Under the pieces are notes generated by a model. The model was not told where the DNA came from and made no database searches. It worked only from the letters and a program-made list of their open reading frames with translations. Of a DNA stretch of 64,000 nt, positions 25,954 through 39,095 are shown piece after piece. A program made the position numbers and the translations under genes. Position 1 is the first letter of the stretch; each line of letters opens with the position of its first letter. The DNA is from Vicugna vicugna (Eukaryota), in NCBI GenBank assembly GCA_013265495.1, contig MU057651.1, positions 620,001 through 684,000 of the forward strand, read 5' to 3'.

Positions 25954-28900
25954 ACCTGCATTATGTGAAATGAGACCTAATACATGGAGACAGGGCATGC
26001 CTATTTGCCATTATGTGTTCATGGATGAGGAGACATTGACCCAGTTTCCCCAAGAAGGCTAGGATATGTTTGCGAGTAGTTGCTATATTTGCAGTTGGTG
26101 GTGATGGTGTTGTTGCTGTTTTGTTTCCCTAACACTGAGGATGACTCTGTACTCACTCGGGCACACCTCTTGTCAGGTGCCACTTTGGGGCCACGACCAT
26201 ATATTGGCAACACAATTGTGCAGGGTTTAAGGTACAGCAAAGCAATCAATTCTCCCCTGGATGAAATCCCAGGGTGGTGCTATGCTTGCCTTCTGAAAGC
26301 ATTTTAGAAAACTGTCACCTGAGTCTTCCTTGTTGTACGAGTTCCACTTGTCATCTTCCCTAAAATTCCTGGAAGATTGGTTGGGCCTTCTCATTGGATG
26401 TCATATGGTCACGTCCAGAATTATTTTTTAGAACACTGTCTAGCTCCTTGAAAACAGAGCATGCAGGAAAAGAAAAGGAATAACAGAGGACAGACATAGA
26501 GAAATGCTTTCCTACATAAATTTAGCCTAAAAGCATAGAACAATAATCATTTTTTAAAAAAAGCAATGGAAAGCACACAAAGTTACAGTATATGGCATAA
26601 TAAAAAACGACATTGAAAGCCACATTAATACAGAAAGCTAAAACCAAAATATTATATAAAACATATTTTTAAATGCAGAAATAATTTTTTTCCAAAGAAA
26701 AAAACCCACACAGGCTAGCTAGTTCTAAGCAGCAAGCATTTCACAACCCTGGCTCTGAGGAACAACTCTCTCTTGCTACTGTTCCAGCTTCCTTTCCTTT
26801 GAATCAGTCAGTGGATCAGTTAACCAGCACACGTGGAATTGTGGATCAGTGTAGTGACAGATTGTGCTGAGTGACTCATTAGGAATCAAAGTAACAGTCT
26901 AAACTTGCGATCTAACTGGAGAAATAAGCCGCGCAAACAAGAAATAGCAACTGATACTACCAGACCAAAGAAAATTTGGTGCTAAATGGGGAAGAATAGA
27001 GTATAAATGCTGTAGCATGTTAAAAGAAAAGAAGATCAGAGAAATTCGCGGTGGATGGCGAGGGCTTACTGGAGGAGGGAGGACTTGAGAAATGGGTCTT
27101 AAAGAATAGAGAGGCAGGGAAGGAAAGGCAGCTCAAGGAGGAAGGAAAGGAGAGGCAAAGCTTGGAAGTAGGAACATATATAGCATATTGACGAGTCAGG
27201 GAGAAGACAGAGGGATAAATAGATAGGGTATAGTCTTGGAAATCAGGAAGTAAGAAAGATGGAATTAGAGGTCGCTTTTGAGCAGGGAGGGTGATATGAT
27301 AGAAAAGGTGTTTTCTGCAAGACAAACCAGGTAGCTTTGTGCTGCCAGGTACACATGGCATGGCGGGGTCAGGCTTCAAGATGGTTGCTATTCCACACAG
27401 GCTGAGGAAGAAAATGAATGGTGGGGGTGGAATGGGGGGAACCTATCTGCCACTGCATCTGTTGCCTCCAGATCACCTACTGGGCATTTCCTGTATAAAC
27501 TGTACATGTGTCTGATTTCTGCCCCTAGACTGAACATTTTTACCTGAGGACATGGAACCTTGCCTTATATGGAGTATCCCTCCACAATACTCAGCGCAGA
27601 GCGAGGCACATAAAAAGCAGGCACAAATCTTTTCTGAGTAAAGTATAGAAGTGAACTATAGAACATGTTCCAGGTAAGCCTATATGAACATCCAATTCTG
27701 TTACAGCTCATTCTTAAACTGAGCTAGTTAATAAACCAGATATGTGCTCAAAGCCAGCATGCCACTCAGATTAATGCACTGGCTGGTTGCACGTAAGTCT
27801 CTATCCTGTGATCTTCCATGAAGTCCTTTGAGATAAAGAAGGTCTAAAAAGTATTTTGCCAGGAGGCTCATGTTGGAGTTGCTGGGTTTGGAGCCCTGTT
27901 GGGAGGGTCCCTTGTCCCACAACCCCTAGCTTGACACAAGAAGCCCTCCTCCCTCTCCCCTCTTTGTCCCGTTCCCCCGGCCCAGGTGCAAATCTGTACT
28001 CAGTGTTACGTGTTCCTGAAGCCAAAAGAACTTGTGCAGAGATAGGGGTCACTTCTGGCAGGGGCAGTGGGGTGCTAGGTTAGAAACCCATCATACTAAA
28101 ACGCTTGCTTTTCACTTCAGTATCCCTGGGCTTCGCTCTGGGAATGCCATGTTGAAAAGATATATAAGTATTTTTAAAGGGCCATCCATCTCCTATGGGT
28201 GACAACCTTTACTCTTCCCAACAGACGATCCTTAGTGATTTAGTCACTCTTTAGCTAGGGGGTAGGTGTTTTCAGTGGTTCAATAATAATGAGAAAAAGG
28301 GCCCAAATTGTTAAATACTGGATTATGGGTGAATCTAAAGGGAAGAAGGAGAGGTGACTCTCGTGTTCTATTTTAATATAGTTATTTAATATTTTAATTG
28401 TAAAAGCATTAGATATTATTTTTGTAAGAGAAGAATATTTAAAGGCTGAAAAAACAACACATGAATCGGGGAAAATAATTAACAATTTTTTTTTTAACAA
28501 AGGCTGTTACTTTCTGCTAGCCAGTTAGGCCTTCAGGAGGAGCGACTTATAAAAATAAAGCTATGACTACTGTTGTAATTGCTGACTGAGAAAATGGGTT
28601 AGATTCACCTAGGTTTCACTTACTTTCATTAAAAACTCCATGTTTGCATTTTCCATTGGCCAAAATCTATCCGCAAAGCAAGTTAGGTGACCCTCATTTT
28701 ACTGCAAGCAGTATATGATTCAACCACCACTGGACTAGGAGTCGGGGATAGAAATTCTAGGCCAGCCTCACTTTGTAATTAGTAGTGGGGCAAGTTTGTG
28801 GAAGTCAGTTAACCTCTTTAACCCTCTGCCTTCCTCTAGAAAATGGATAATCTTTGCCTCCATCATAGGGAGTTTGAAGGATGTAATTGATATGAAAGTA

Positions 28901-30667
28901 CATTGAACACTGCAATCCCCCAACTGTCATCCGAAATACATCATCTCCTTAGGAATAGACTTATTAACAGTGTTAACTGCTTGCTGGAGAACTAAGTAAT
29001 CTGTTGCTTCTTAAACCCAGCACTTCTATCCTATGAGTGATGCCCTTGCAAATATAACTACCAAGAAAGAGGATTAAACTGGGCTATCGAACATTCACTG
29101 CTCTTATATCTTCCATTTTATTAGCAAAGTCCAGAAGTATATAGTTGGGAAGGCCCATGGTGGAAGGTTCATTCTCCTGTTTTCAGGTAGAATCTGCTAA
29201 AGCCATGAGACTCCCTCAATAAAGAACCTAGAAAATTTCACCCTTGGTAATTTGTAATATTTAATCAGCACATTTGGAATTTATGGCTAGTCACGTTCCC
29301 TCTGGTGGAATGGTAAGCTCATTTCCTCCTGTCAGGTCTTCAGTGGCTATGGAAAATAATATGTGCTCTTCATAAATCAGTAGCCTTTAATGTACAGATA
29401 CAAAACTCAAAGTGGTCCCTGATTTCTGCAAGGGCAGCTATAAATGCAATTCATGGGTTGAGTGTTCTATGAGGATGATGGGACAATAAAGAAATGATGG
29501 TCCCTTGTGAGCCCTTCTAGTGACCCCCACTCACACACCCACAAACAGCCATCACCTTCAGTAGTATCATCTTCAAAAACCTTCAGCCACAGTGATCATT
29601 CTGGCAAATCATTAGGAAGTTGACTCTTACCCATCTTCTTCCAGGCAACACACACTGGTTCCACTCTCATTTACACCCAGTTCACGCGTCCAACAGTTTC
29701 AATGGAAAATGTTTGAAAACAAAAAGCAAATATGAGGCAATGTCCTAAACCAGACACTTCTGATGATGTGGATAATTATACAGGGCACAAATAAGTTTGA
29801 GAGGGGGAAAAAGGCCTCATTTGTTTTAAGGATGAAAGCAACTTCACATCCCTTAGCTAGTGTCAATTTTCCTTTCCTTGCAACACTTCGTTTTAATGTG
29901 TAATATATCTCTCTTCTGTCTTCCTCTCTTCTCATACATCCCCTGTATCTTCTTCATCTCCAAATCTCCCTCTCATATATTACTTCCTCTCTCAATTTAT
30001 TTCCCCCGTTGCTTCTTTCATCTGTTTATCTCCCAATTTCATATTCCATATTTCTCTTGTATTTGTCTGCTGGGTCTAGTGCATCACCATATTTGTGCCC
30101 AATTTCCCTGTTTATCAGCCTTGAAGTAGAAATATAGGCCCTAGTAAGTAGAATGCATCCTTATCCCCCTTTCTTCCCATTTCAAACACAGAGGACTCCT
30201 AGGAGAAAAGAGGAGGCTCTTTCCTTTGTTGCCAAAGGGCAGGGCATTGATCTCCAAAGAGCACTCTTTGTTGAGCTGTACGGCCTACATTTGAAGAACC
30301 AAGAGGAATGTACACACCATTCAGGATGTAGCAGTCTCTGACATCTGGCTTTCTACTAACAAAACCCTCAGTTGAGACTCCTACTTATTATGAGTGCAAT
30401 GAAAATAACCTTGAGCTACTGCAAGATCCCAAAGGGTCTTCAGCATCACTGAAGAAAGACTGCATACTGTTCAGTCTAGTTACCACACTAAGTATTTTTT
30501 ATTGTGCATTAATTAGAAGAAAGTTAATAACGTGTATTGACAAAATATTGGATTAACAAGACCATAAAGGATGACTGAGTCTTCTTTAATATAACTGTTG
30601 CACAGTAAGGCTTCCTGCTATGTAGTGTGTAAAGAAGATAACATACTCTCGGAATTAGAACAATTAC

Positions 30668-30689
30668 ATATATATATATATATATATAT
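30668..30689. repeat. (AT)n microsatellite
   Basis: Seen directly. Confidence 0.9.
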
Positions 30690-33044
30690 GCAATACAATA
30701 ACAAAACTATATGACATTATTAAGACTTTTTTCACACAGATGAACACACTCATGCAGAGCCTCAACTTTCTAAAGTAAGTAATGTGCAGGCTAGTAAAGT
30801 ACACCCACCTAACCCACCAAATGAGAATCTAACCCACTCAACACCCAAATCAAATATTAGCACATCCCTATTGTCAAGAATATTTTCTCACCATCATTTT
30901 TTTGCAAAAAAAAAAATGAAAAAAAGTTTTCTTTCCCTTTGAGTGGCAATAGAAAAGTCCTCTTTTCTGAAATTCAGATATGTTTCAAAGCTCACTAACA
31001 TCCTTTTAAGGAAAAGTGAAAGCCACTGCTGGCTTCTGGATGCTAGGAACATAGTTTACCACATATCCCTTTGTCTCATTGCTAATGTACAAGTATAGCG
31101 ATTGGCGCCCCAGAGACCTGGGAGATTTCTGGCTTCTATTGTTTGCTATGTGACCCTAGGCTGTCTGCTTAAACGCTTTGTGCTTAAATCGCCTCATCTG
31201 TAAAAAGGGGATAATACAGAGTAGTTGTAAGGATTGAGAGACTCAATACATGAAAAGTACCTGTCACACAGCTTGGCACGTAGGAACTAATTAGTAAACG
31301 ACAGATCACTTCCTATGCATCTTGATTTGACTGATCCAACTATCGCCTTGTACTCCTCCAGGAAGAGGGGCCTTCACTTCATTTCCAGGCTCACCAGCTC
31401 CCAAATCTCTGTACATTTTCCACAAACAAAATGCACATGAACTGTGCTCTCTGAAGACACGACCCTTCACACAGCATCACGCGTCCCCTGAAACACACCT
31501 AATGCTCTAATGCAGCACAAGACACAAGATGCAGAAGCACACTTCAGAAGACACAGACGTCACACAGAACATGCCACCGCCAAGTGCAGCCTCACCTGCT
31601 TCTTTCCCACATATGCTTCTAAGCTTCAGGTCCTTAACCTTGATTATTTTTAGAGGTACCACGCCATTTCCACAGTCCTGGCTGATTTGTCTGTCTCATT
31701 GCCTTTGCCTTATTGTTTTATTTATTCACGTATTTTTTCATGTATTTATTTCTTCATCCATGTATTCATTTTCTACCTTGCTCCAAAATGGATATAAGGC
31801 AGCTCCCAAGAATACGCAAAATACGATGTGACAGCAGCAGAAATTCAAAGTAGATAAAGTGAAAGGGAAAACAAAACAAAACAAAGATAGGCACACAAAA
31901 TGGAGTGGAGCCTAGAAGAAAGCTCATACAAGGTGTGCACACACCGCAGTCCCACTACAAGTGCTATACGTGGGCCAAACGCTTGGCGCCAAGCTTTCTA
32001 ATATCCAACAGAAGAGAAACCTGATCAGTCTCACACGTCACAGGGTCCATAAAATAAAATCAAACCACGTGTTCAGAATGTCCTTTTCCTGGTCTAAATT
32101 CTGTAAATTTTTATATGGTGACGCATCATAAGACAGTGGCAAATTGTCCCTCTGACTTTGCTCTAACACCAAGATTCAGTTCCCAGAACCGCTTCCAACA
32201 AAGACAGATCCTCAATCTGGAAATTACGTTTACTACTTCTTTCTCTTCTACCTATCTCTTGAAGTTCCATTTGGTCAATGAAATGTGGCTATTAAAGAGA
32301 CCCCTTAAAACAAACAAAAAACTCGGCTGTCACCAAAGCAAGCATTTTCATTTAACTAAAGAAATAGACAACATGACATTATTTATGACAAAAATTTGAA
32401 TAGGATCCCAAATAACTGACCAAATAAATGGTTAAATCAACCATGATGCCACTATATGATGAAATATGATATACCATCAAAAATGATATTTATGAACGCT
32501 TTTTTAAAATGTAGGAAAATGTTCACTGAGTTTTTGAAAAAGCAGGATATAAAACTGTATATATTATGATTTTAACTATGTTAAAAAGCATACATATATA
32601 TATATAGCCATAAAGAAGTCTGGAAAGAAAGCCATTAAAATATTAACATTGTTTCTGAGATTTGTGAATATGGGTGCTTTTTATCTTTTCTATATGCTTG
32701 TCTTTATTTTCCAAGTTTTTTATATCGATGAACAATTTCTATATGATGAGAAGAACTGGGGGAAAAAATACCAACCCAGCTACTTATCTTTGGCTTGTGA
32801 AATTATGGACAATTTTAATTACCTTTTTAAAATGTTCTATAACTGACATACAGATTTTAGTTAGGGCCAAAGTTACTTTAAAACAGAAATGGGAATTCTA
32901 AAATCTAGTTTTTTTAGTTGTTTGTTTGTAAGTTCCACAATGACAAATGTAGTAACACCTCACGACTATTCAGCACTTTTTAATTTTACTTTTAATAGCA
33001 CTCTATTTAGAATTACATTGGATTAGCAACAATATTTTTGCTAG

Positions 33045-33190
33045 GTAGGCCAGGTCTGATTATCTTCATTTAACAGGTGATGAAACTGAGGATCAGAGAA
33101 ACTAAGTGATTAGCCCAAAGTCACAAAAATCTGGCAGAGCTGGACTTCAACCCAGGTCTCCAGAACCCAAGTCCAGTGCTCTTTCCATTC
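33045..33190 (-). mobile_element. MIR SINE
   Basis: acaggtgatgaaactgagg.tcagaga...aagtgattagcccaaagtcaca...aacccaggtct. Confidence 0.7.
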
Positions 33191-33719
33191 ATTCAAGACT
33201 GATTGTGGTATAACCCAGAGAGGGTTATAATCACCAAGATGTAAAAACACAGAGATAGTAACCCTTCCTTACCTATGAAGGTCAAGTTCCTGAATGACCC
33301 CCACCCAAGTAGGAGAGTTCAGCTGAGGAAATTATTATTTTAGGAGGTAAAAAAGGGGCAGAGAAACTGAGGTCACATATGAACCTTTGAAAGCCCTCAT
33401 AAATATTTGTTTGTGCAGTAAAACAAAACAATGATGGTACATTACAGAAAACAATAATGAGAGTTGACATAGCTTAAATCAGTAAAAGTGACAGGCTCTA
33501 TATACTTTCCATTTAGATCTTGAGATGACTTCCAGAGGTGATGAGAATGCACCACTTATTATGCCAATGGAAAATGGGGGTGACAGGGAAGCAATGAAGA
33601 GAGGTGGACTGTTAGTTCAAATCATGGATCTTCTTGCTCTCAGAGTCTTAACCTAAGTCCAATCCTGAGATTATAATAACTTACTTGGGGCTTTAGCCCT
33701 GTCAAGCAAGCGAATTTGA

Positions 33720-35778
33720 GTGGCATGACTTAATGACTTTGGCTCCTCTGAAGATGCTTTCTGTCTTCTCAAGTCTGTTCTGAAGACACCTTAGCACTCC
33801 TGTATCGAGCTCAAATTAAATCATGCAAATCTGTCTGAAGGCAGCTTATCTGCTGCCTGGCACATATTCAAATGGCACTACTCAATGATTTAGGCTCTTC
33901 TGAGGTTGCTGTCTTCTGAACATGGTGATGTGAAAAGACTCTTTGCACCTCTTTATAGAGTTCAATTAAATCATTCAAGCTTTGTCTGAAAGCAGCTTAG
34001 CTCTCCAGCAATGGTATTTAATGGCACTACCCAATTTAAGTTCTGCTGAAGATGGCCTCTCTCCAATGTGATTTGTTTTGAAGGCATCATAGCACCTCTT
34101 TATGGAATTCTGCTAAATAACTCAAGCTTTGAACAGGTACGATTTGACACGTAATAGTACCGAATTTCTTCATTACTTTCTTGGGGAGGTTTTAATCTCA
34201 TCCTAAAAGATTTTCTCCAGTTGCTTATAACTGTATTCATCTCCAGTGTCACAGCTTCCTAATTATTTTCATCATCACTTATGATAATCACCTCTGGGGT
34301 CCCAGGAGTTTCCTGGCAGTCATCCTCTAGCACATCACATCACCGGAATCAGCATCAACAGGTTCTGATTCAACTTCAGCCAGTGATTGCTCCTGAGCCA
34401 AATGTTCATCCTCAACCATAGGTGGTTCTTGATCCAAAGAGTCTATCTTCAGGAAAAATCACTGACAGATATTTCACCCTCTCCAGCCAAATCTCCAAGG
34501 TCACATTAACAAAAGGCTCTGTTAAGATATCTAATGCCTCTTTCATTAAGAATACAGCATTAGAGTTAAGATATGCCTCTTTCATTAAGAATACAGCATT
34601 AGTGATGGTGTAGGAATCCCATGCACTAAGATCTTCAGGCAGAGGAATCTTTGTGAGATTCTCAAGAACAACATTATACATTAGTTTGGCTGAAGTCTTC
34701 TTGAATGGCCAGTTCAAACACTGATCTAAGGGCTCAAGAATCCGAAACGTGCAGCTGGTTATAAAGACAAACTTAACATTAAGCCTAACATTTACCCATT
34801 GGCAAATGTATCTGAGGCACCAAATGGACAGTGAAGAATCAATAGGACTTTGAATTCAAGATATTTTGAAGCAGTCCCGAATTTCCACAAGAAAGCACTC
34901 TTCAAACCCTTCCTTAAGGAGAGAAGGAGTCTTTCTGTTTGCATGCCAGCATACTGGAAACTAAGCTCAGTTTTTTCCTTGGAGATTTTGGGCATACTTT
35001 TCTGCAGAGCAGTATTGATTTCACTATGAGGTCACCTGGAGTATTGGCAAAAAACCAGAAATGGCAGCCTCTCTGTTTTGGCTGACCTCACGTCAGCATC
35101 GGTTGGTTCCTGCTCTTCTAAGAGGCAAGTAGGATTGTTCAAGGCTTTCAAAGCATGGTGGTCTCAACAGCATCTAAGATTAGTGTAGAAATATGGTCCT
35201 TCTCTTCAGTCATTTTCTGCAGTTGTGGCAGATACAACACAGGAGTTGCAGGATCTAGTGGCTCCTTCTTTGATACCACTGTCACATAAGACTTGGTCTC
35301 CAAGTCATGGTGCACCATAAATTTCTCAAACCATCCCTTGCTCCTGGCAAAATTTTCTTTGGAACCCACTTTGGTGTCTGAAAACATGTCTTTGAAAATT
35401 CTGTGATCACATGTCCCTTGCATGGAAAGTGTTTTCTTATTTCCTTTGCTTGTTTTCAGTCCAGAGGTTTAACATCATTTCCATCTTCTCCATCCTTGGG
35501 TCATGAGGGATCAAGCATCTCTAAGGTGATGCAGGTGTACAAGAGGTGATACTGGCCCTAATAAGAGTTTCAGCTTTCCTTATGGTACAAACTCACTAAT
35601 ACCATATAAGTAACCTACAAAGCTATTTGTTTTACCTTGAAGAAGCAGATCAAAACTGTCCCTTTTCTCTTCCAAAGACATCACCCTTCTTGCCATTTTG
35701 GCAACTTTCTCTGGTGCCAGAGTCCTTGTTCTTGGTTTCACTCTCTTCCACTGCAACGGTCACGTTTATAGAAGCCAT
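33720..35778 (-). pseudogene. Decayed pogo/Tigger (CENP-B/TIGD-like) transposase reading frame with extended repetitive C-terminus
   Basis: Ordered motifs across frameshifts and stops: MARRVMSLEEK..YGISE (HTH_psq-like), MEKMEMMLNLW and FARSKGWFEKF (CENP-B HTH), LILDAVET, KVLLILHC, LEPLDQCLNWPFK, WDSYTITNAV (DDE_1-like). Confidence 0.85.
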
Positions 35779-36466
35779 GTTTAAGCTTTATGCTTATTCA
35801 TGCAACCTGACAATTACTTACTAGAGATTTTATATTCCCCCAGTGTTACAGAGTGTCAGCATGTGATATTTAAGGACCAAATGGTATTATGCACAACACA
35901 AGGATAAATGATAATATACTGTTGTGATACTCAGTGCAAAAAGGGCTGGTTGTGTAGGGGACGACTGGCAGAAAAACAGGAGAGGAAACAAATGAGTCAG
36001 AAGTTTCTTTCCACCTTGCGATATAGTCAGAGAGACAACAGCGTGGCACTTGGACTGACTCCCGTATACTCAATTCAAAATTTTCATGGTTGTCAAAAGT
36101 GTATACAGAAGTAAATTCACCTATACTCAAATATCTAATAAGGACAACTTACAGTTAGAAAAGGATGACTATAAATTCTCCTTTAACTTATGAGAATGAA
36201 AGTCACTATTTATATACTTAAGACGGTACTGTTGCTATGATTTCCCCTGGCTTAATGCTATGAATTCAATTTTATGGGAAAAGCAAATATAGCATAAGTG
36301 TATCTTCTGCAAACCCACAGTAAGTCAATCAAACATTACCCTCTGACAAAATGCAACCTCTGAAGATGCAGATGAAAAAGGTCAGGCAGGCCCTGAACAT
36401 CCAACACTCAAGAAATGACTACTCAAGAAAGAAAGAGACAAGGAAAGAATCAACTAGCCCCTTTCA

Positions 36467-36670
<204 letters not shown>

Positions 36671-38819
36671 TTACAACTGACTGCACAGCTCCTAAAGAGG
36701 AGGAGAAAACAGAAGTTAGGAGAGGGCTAAAAAAAAACAATCTATAAGAGTCTAATATCTTCAAAACAAAAGCCTGGGTCTCATGTTGTCTTAGGTTTTG
36801 TGTTGACCGTTTTGAGGGGTTTCTTTTCTAGAAAGAATGGAGCTGCCTCCTTAAAGACCAGTGGTGCAATTTCGCAGAGGAAAGCGTGGGCAATAATTAA
36901 TGGCTTTTCAATATGTAACCACAAGTACCTAAAGTCCCTTCCTTTTCTCACAATGAAATTCTATTTTCTATGGTCCACTCACAGTCTTTTAATGAACAAT
37001 TGACAATCGTTCTTCTCTAAACATTCTATCCTGATGATCATCACGGTCAGGTAGCACCACCTCCTTGAAGTCTTCAGTTGACACAGGCCTGACTGTTGAT
37101 TTTGAGTGACCCACAACAATGACGTGTTAGTCGCTTTGACACTGGGATGACTTTGGCATCTGATTCTCACCTGTGTGGACCCGATTGCTAAAACACACTC
37201 TTATTGTTTTATGAGGAGGAACTGAGAAACAATCTCATAAACCTGGTAGTTTCAGCAGAGTTGGGGTGAACTGCTAGGGGAAACAATGCCCCACCTTCAA
37301 GAAGCAGGTAGAAGATAAAGCAAAGCCAAATGTCACCAGGAGCAAAGAGGCGCTCTAACGAGAAGATCACTTCCAGAGGCGACATCAAAACCTTACTCCT
37401 TGTCATATTTTATGCCCTGGAACAGGAAACAAGGGAGCTGACAGGGATAACAGGGCTATAAGAACCAATCTGGGTTTTAGCAACTTATCTGCTCTTCATT
37501 TTATCATTCTTTAGTATCTTGTGTTCGGGATGAATACATTCAGGTTTCATCCCACTGGAGGGTAAAGTGAACTAGAAAAGCACTGACTCCCCAGGGATCT
37601 GTTTCTGTTTCCAGCTGTTCTCCCACTAGAATGCAAGTCCTGCCAGTCAGGGTCTGACACTTGCCATCAGAAGTCAGGTGTTAAGAGAACCTTCCAAGTG
37701 AATCTCCAGTTTGAATACAAGCAGAAGCAAATACCACTGCAACAAAATCTCTAATTTCATCAAGTATCAACTGGCACTAATTTAGGAGTATAAGAGCTCT
37801 CCAAACACAACTTGGCCTATCACTGTATCCCAATAACATTTACTATAAACAAGCCTAAGTACAACAACAAAAACAGAGGTCTCCCGGTTACCTGCTACAG
37901 TGAGAAATAATCTATCATAATTTTCAGCCCTTTAGTGGTTACAACGTGTTTATTATTTTCAGTAATGAATTCTAAGTTCCATTATGTCATGTGGAGACTT
38001 TTTGTAAAAACTGCATACTATGTTTCAAATTTTCCCCAGTGTACAGAGCCTGCAAGTATTCAAGAATAAATAGGTGAGTAGCAATTGATAGTTTCTCCAT
38101 CTGCACAGGTGACTGCCAATTAACAATGACTGGCTTAACCTTGATTTGGACAAGTTATCTTTTCCTTTGCCTGTCTTATGCCTTGCATTATCTTAATGAA
38201 TTAAGATCAATTTTGTACCTTTTTCAGGAATCATGACAGTGAAAATGTTCAGTCATAAGTATTTTGGCAACACCACCAACAACTTAAGTCTCACGTTTTC
38301 CTATATGGGTGAAGCTATAGCAAAAGGTAACATGAAAAAGCAACTGTGATGTCAAGGATCAAGTATATTCACAGATACTTCTGGTAAATATTTTAACCAG
38401 CATATAAAACCAGCCCTAATGTGTCTATATTCTCTTTTGCATTTTGATTTTGGTCCTTCTAAATTCATTCTTTCTCCAGAAGAAAACAGAATTTAAGACT
38501 GACTTCAACAGTGGTATTCTCTATCAAACAGGTTCATTTTTTTAGTTAGAATTATTATAGTTTGACTGCACATACACATTATATTGCATGTAAATACGTA
38601 TATACAGTATATTGCACATTTTTTAGTTTACATATATGTACTAATTATTGTTTCTAAGAACAGATTAGATCTTTAGCTTTTAAACTTACATAGGAATAAA
38701 GGAATAAAGTACAAAATAAGAATCAACAGAATGCGGTAATCTAGTCATAAAGGACAGTCAAATGTGCTTACACATATTCAAGAAATCAAAATAATAATTA
38801 GTTCATTTATGTCATTATT

Positions 38820-39095
38820 ATTATTTTTTAGATTCCTCATATAAACAATGTCATACAGCATTTTCTTTCTCTTTCCAGCCCACTTCACTAAGAATGACAA
38901 TCTTCAGGTCTATCCATAGTTCTGCAAATGGCATTATTTTATTCTTTTTTACGGCTGAGTAGTGTTCCATTGTATATATGTATCACATCTTCTTTATCCA
39001 GTCATCTGCTGATGGACATTTAGGTTGTTTCTATGTCTTGGCTATTGTACATAGTGCTGCTATGAACATTGGGGTGTGTGTGTCCTTTTGAATTT
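38820..39095 (-). mobile_element. LINE-1 3' fragment (relatively young)
   Basis: gcaaatggcattattttattcttttttacggctgagtagtgttccattgtatatatgt...gatggacatttaggttgttt...gctgctatgaacattggggtg. Confidence 0.85.

Noticed and set aside
33720..34135. Spaced repeats superficially like a CRISPR array
   Set aside because: Mammalian intron, degenerate 150-bp units, no conserved repeat/unique spacer structure and no cas genes.
37171..37187. Possible 17-nt microexon (gtgttttag|...CAG|gtgaga)
   Set aside because: Weak pyrimidine tract; the upstream acceptor at 37416 is a better partner for this donor.
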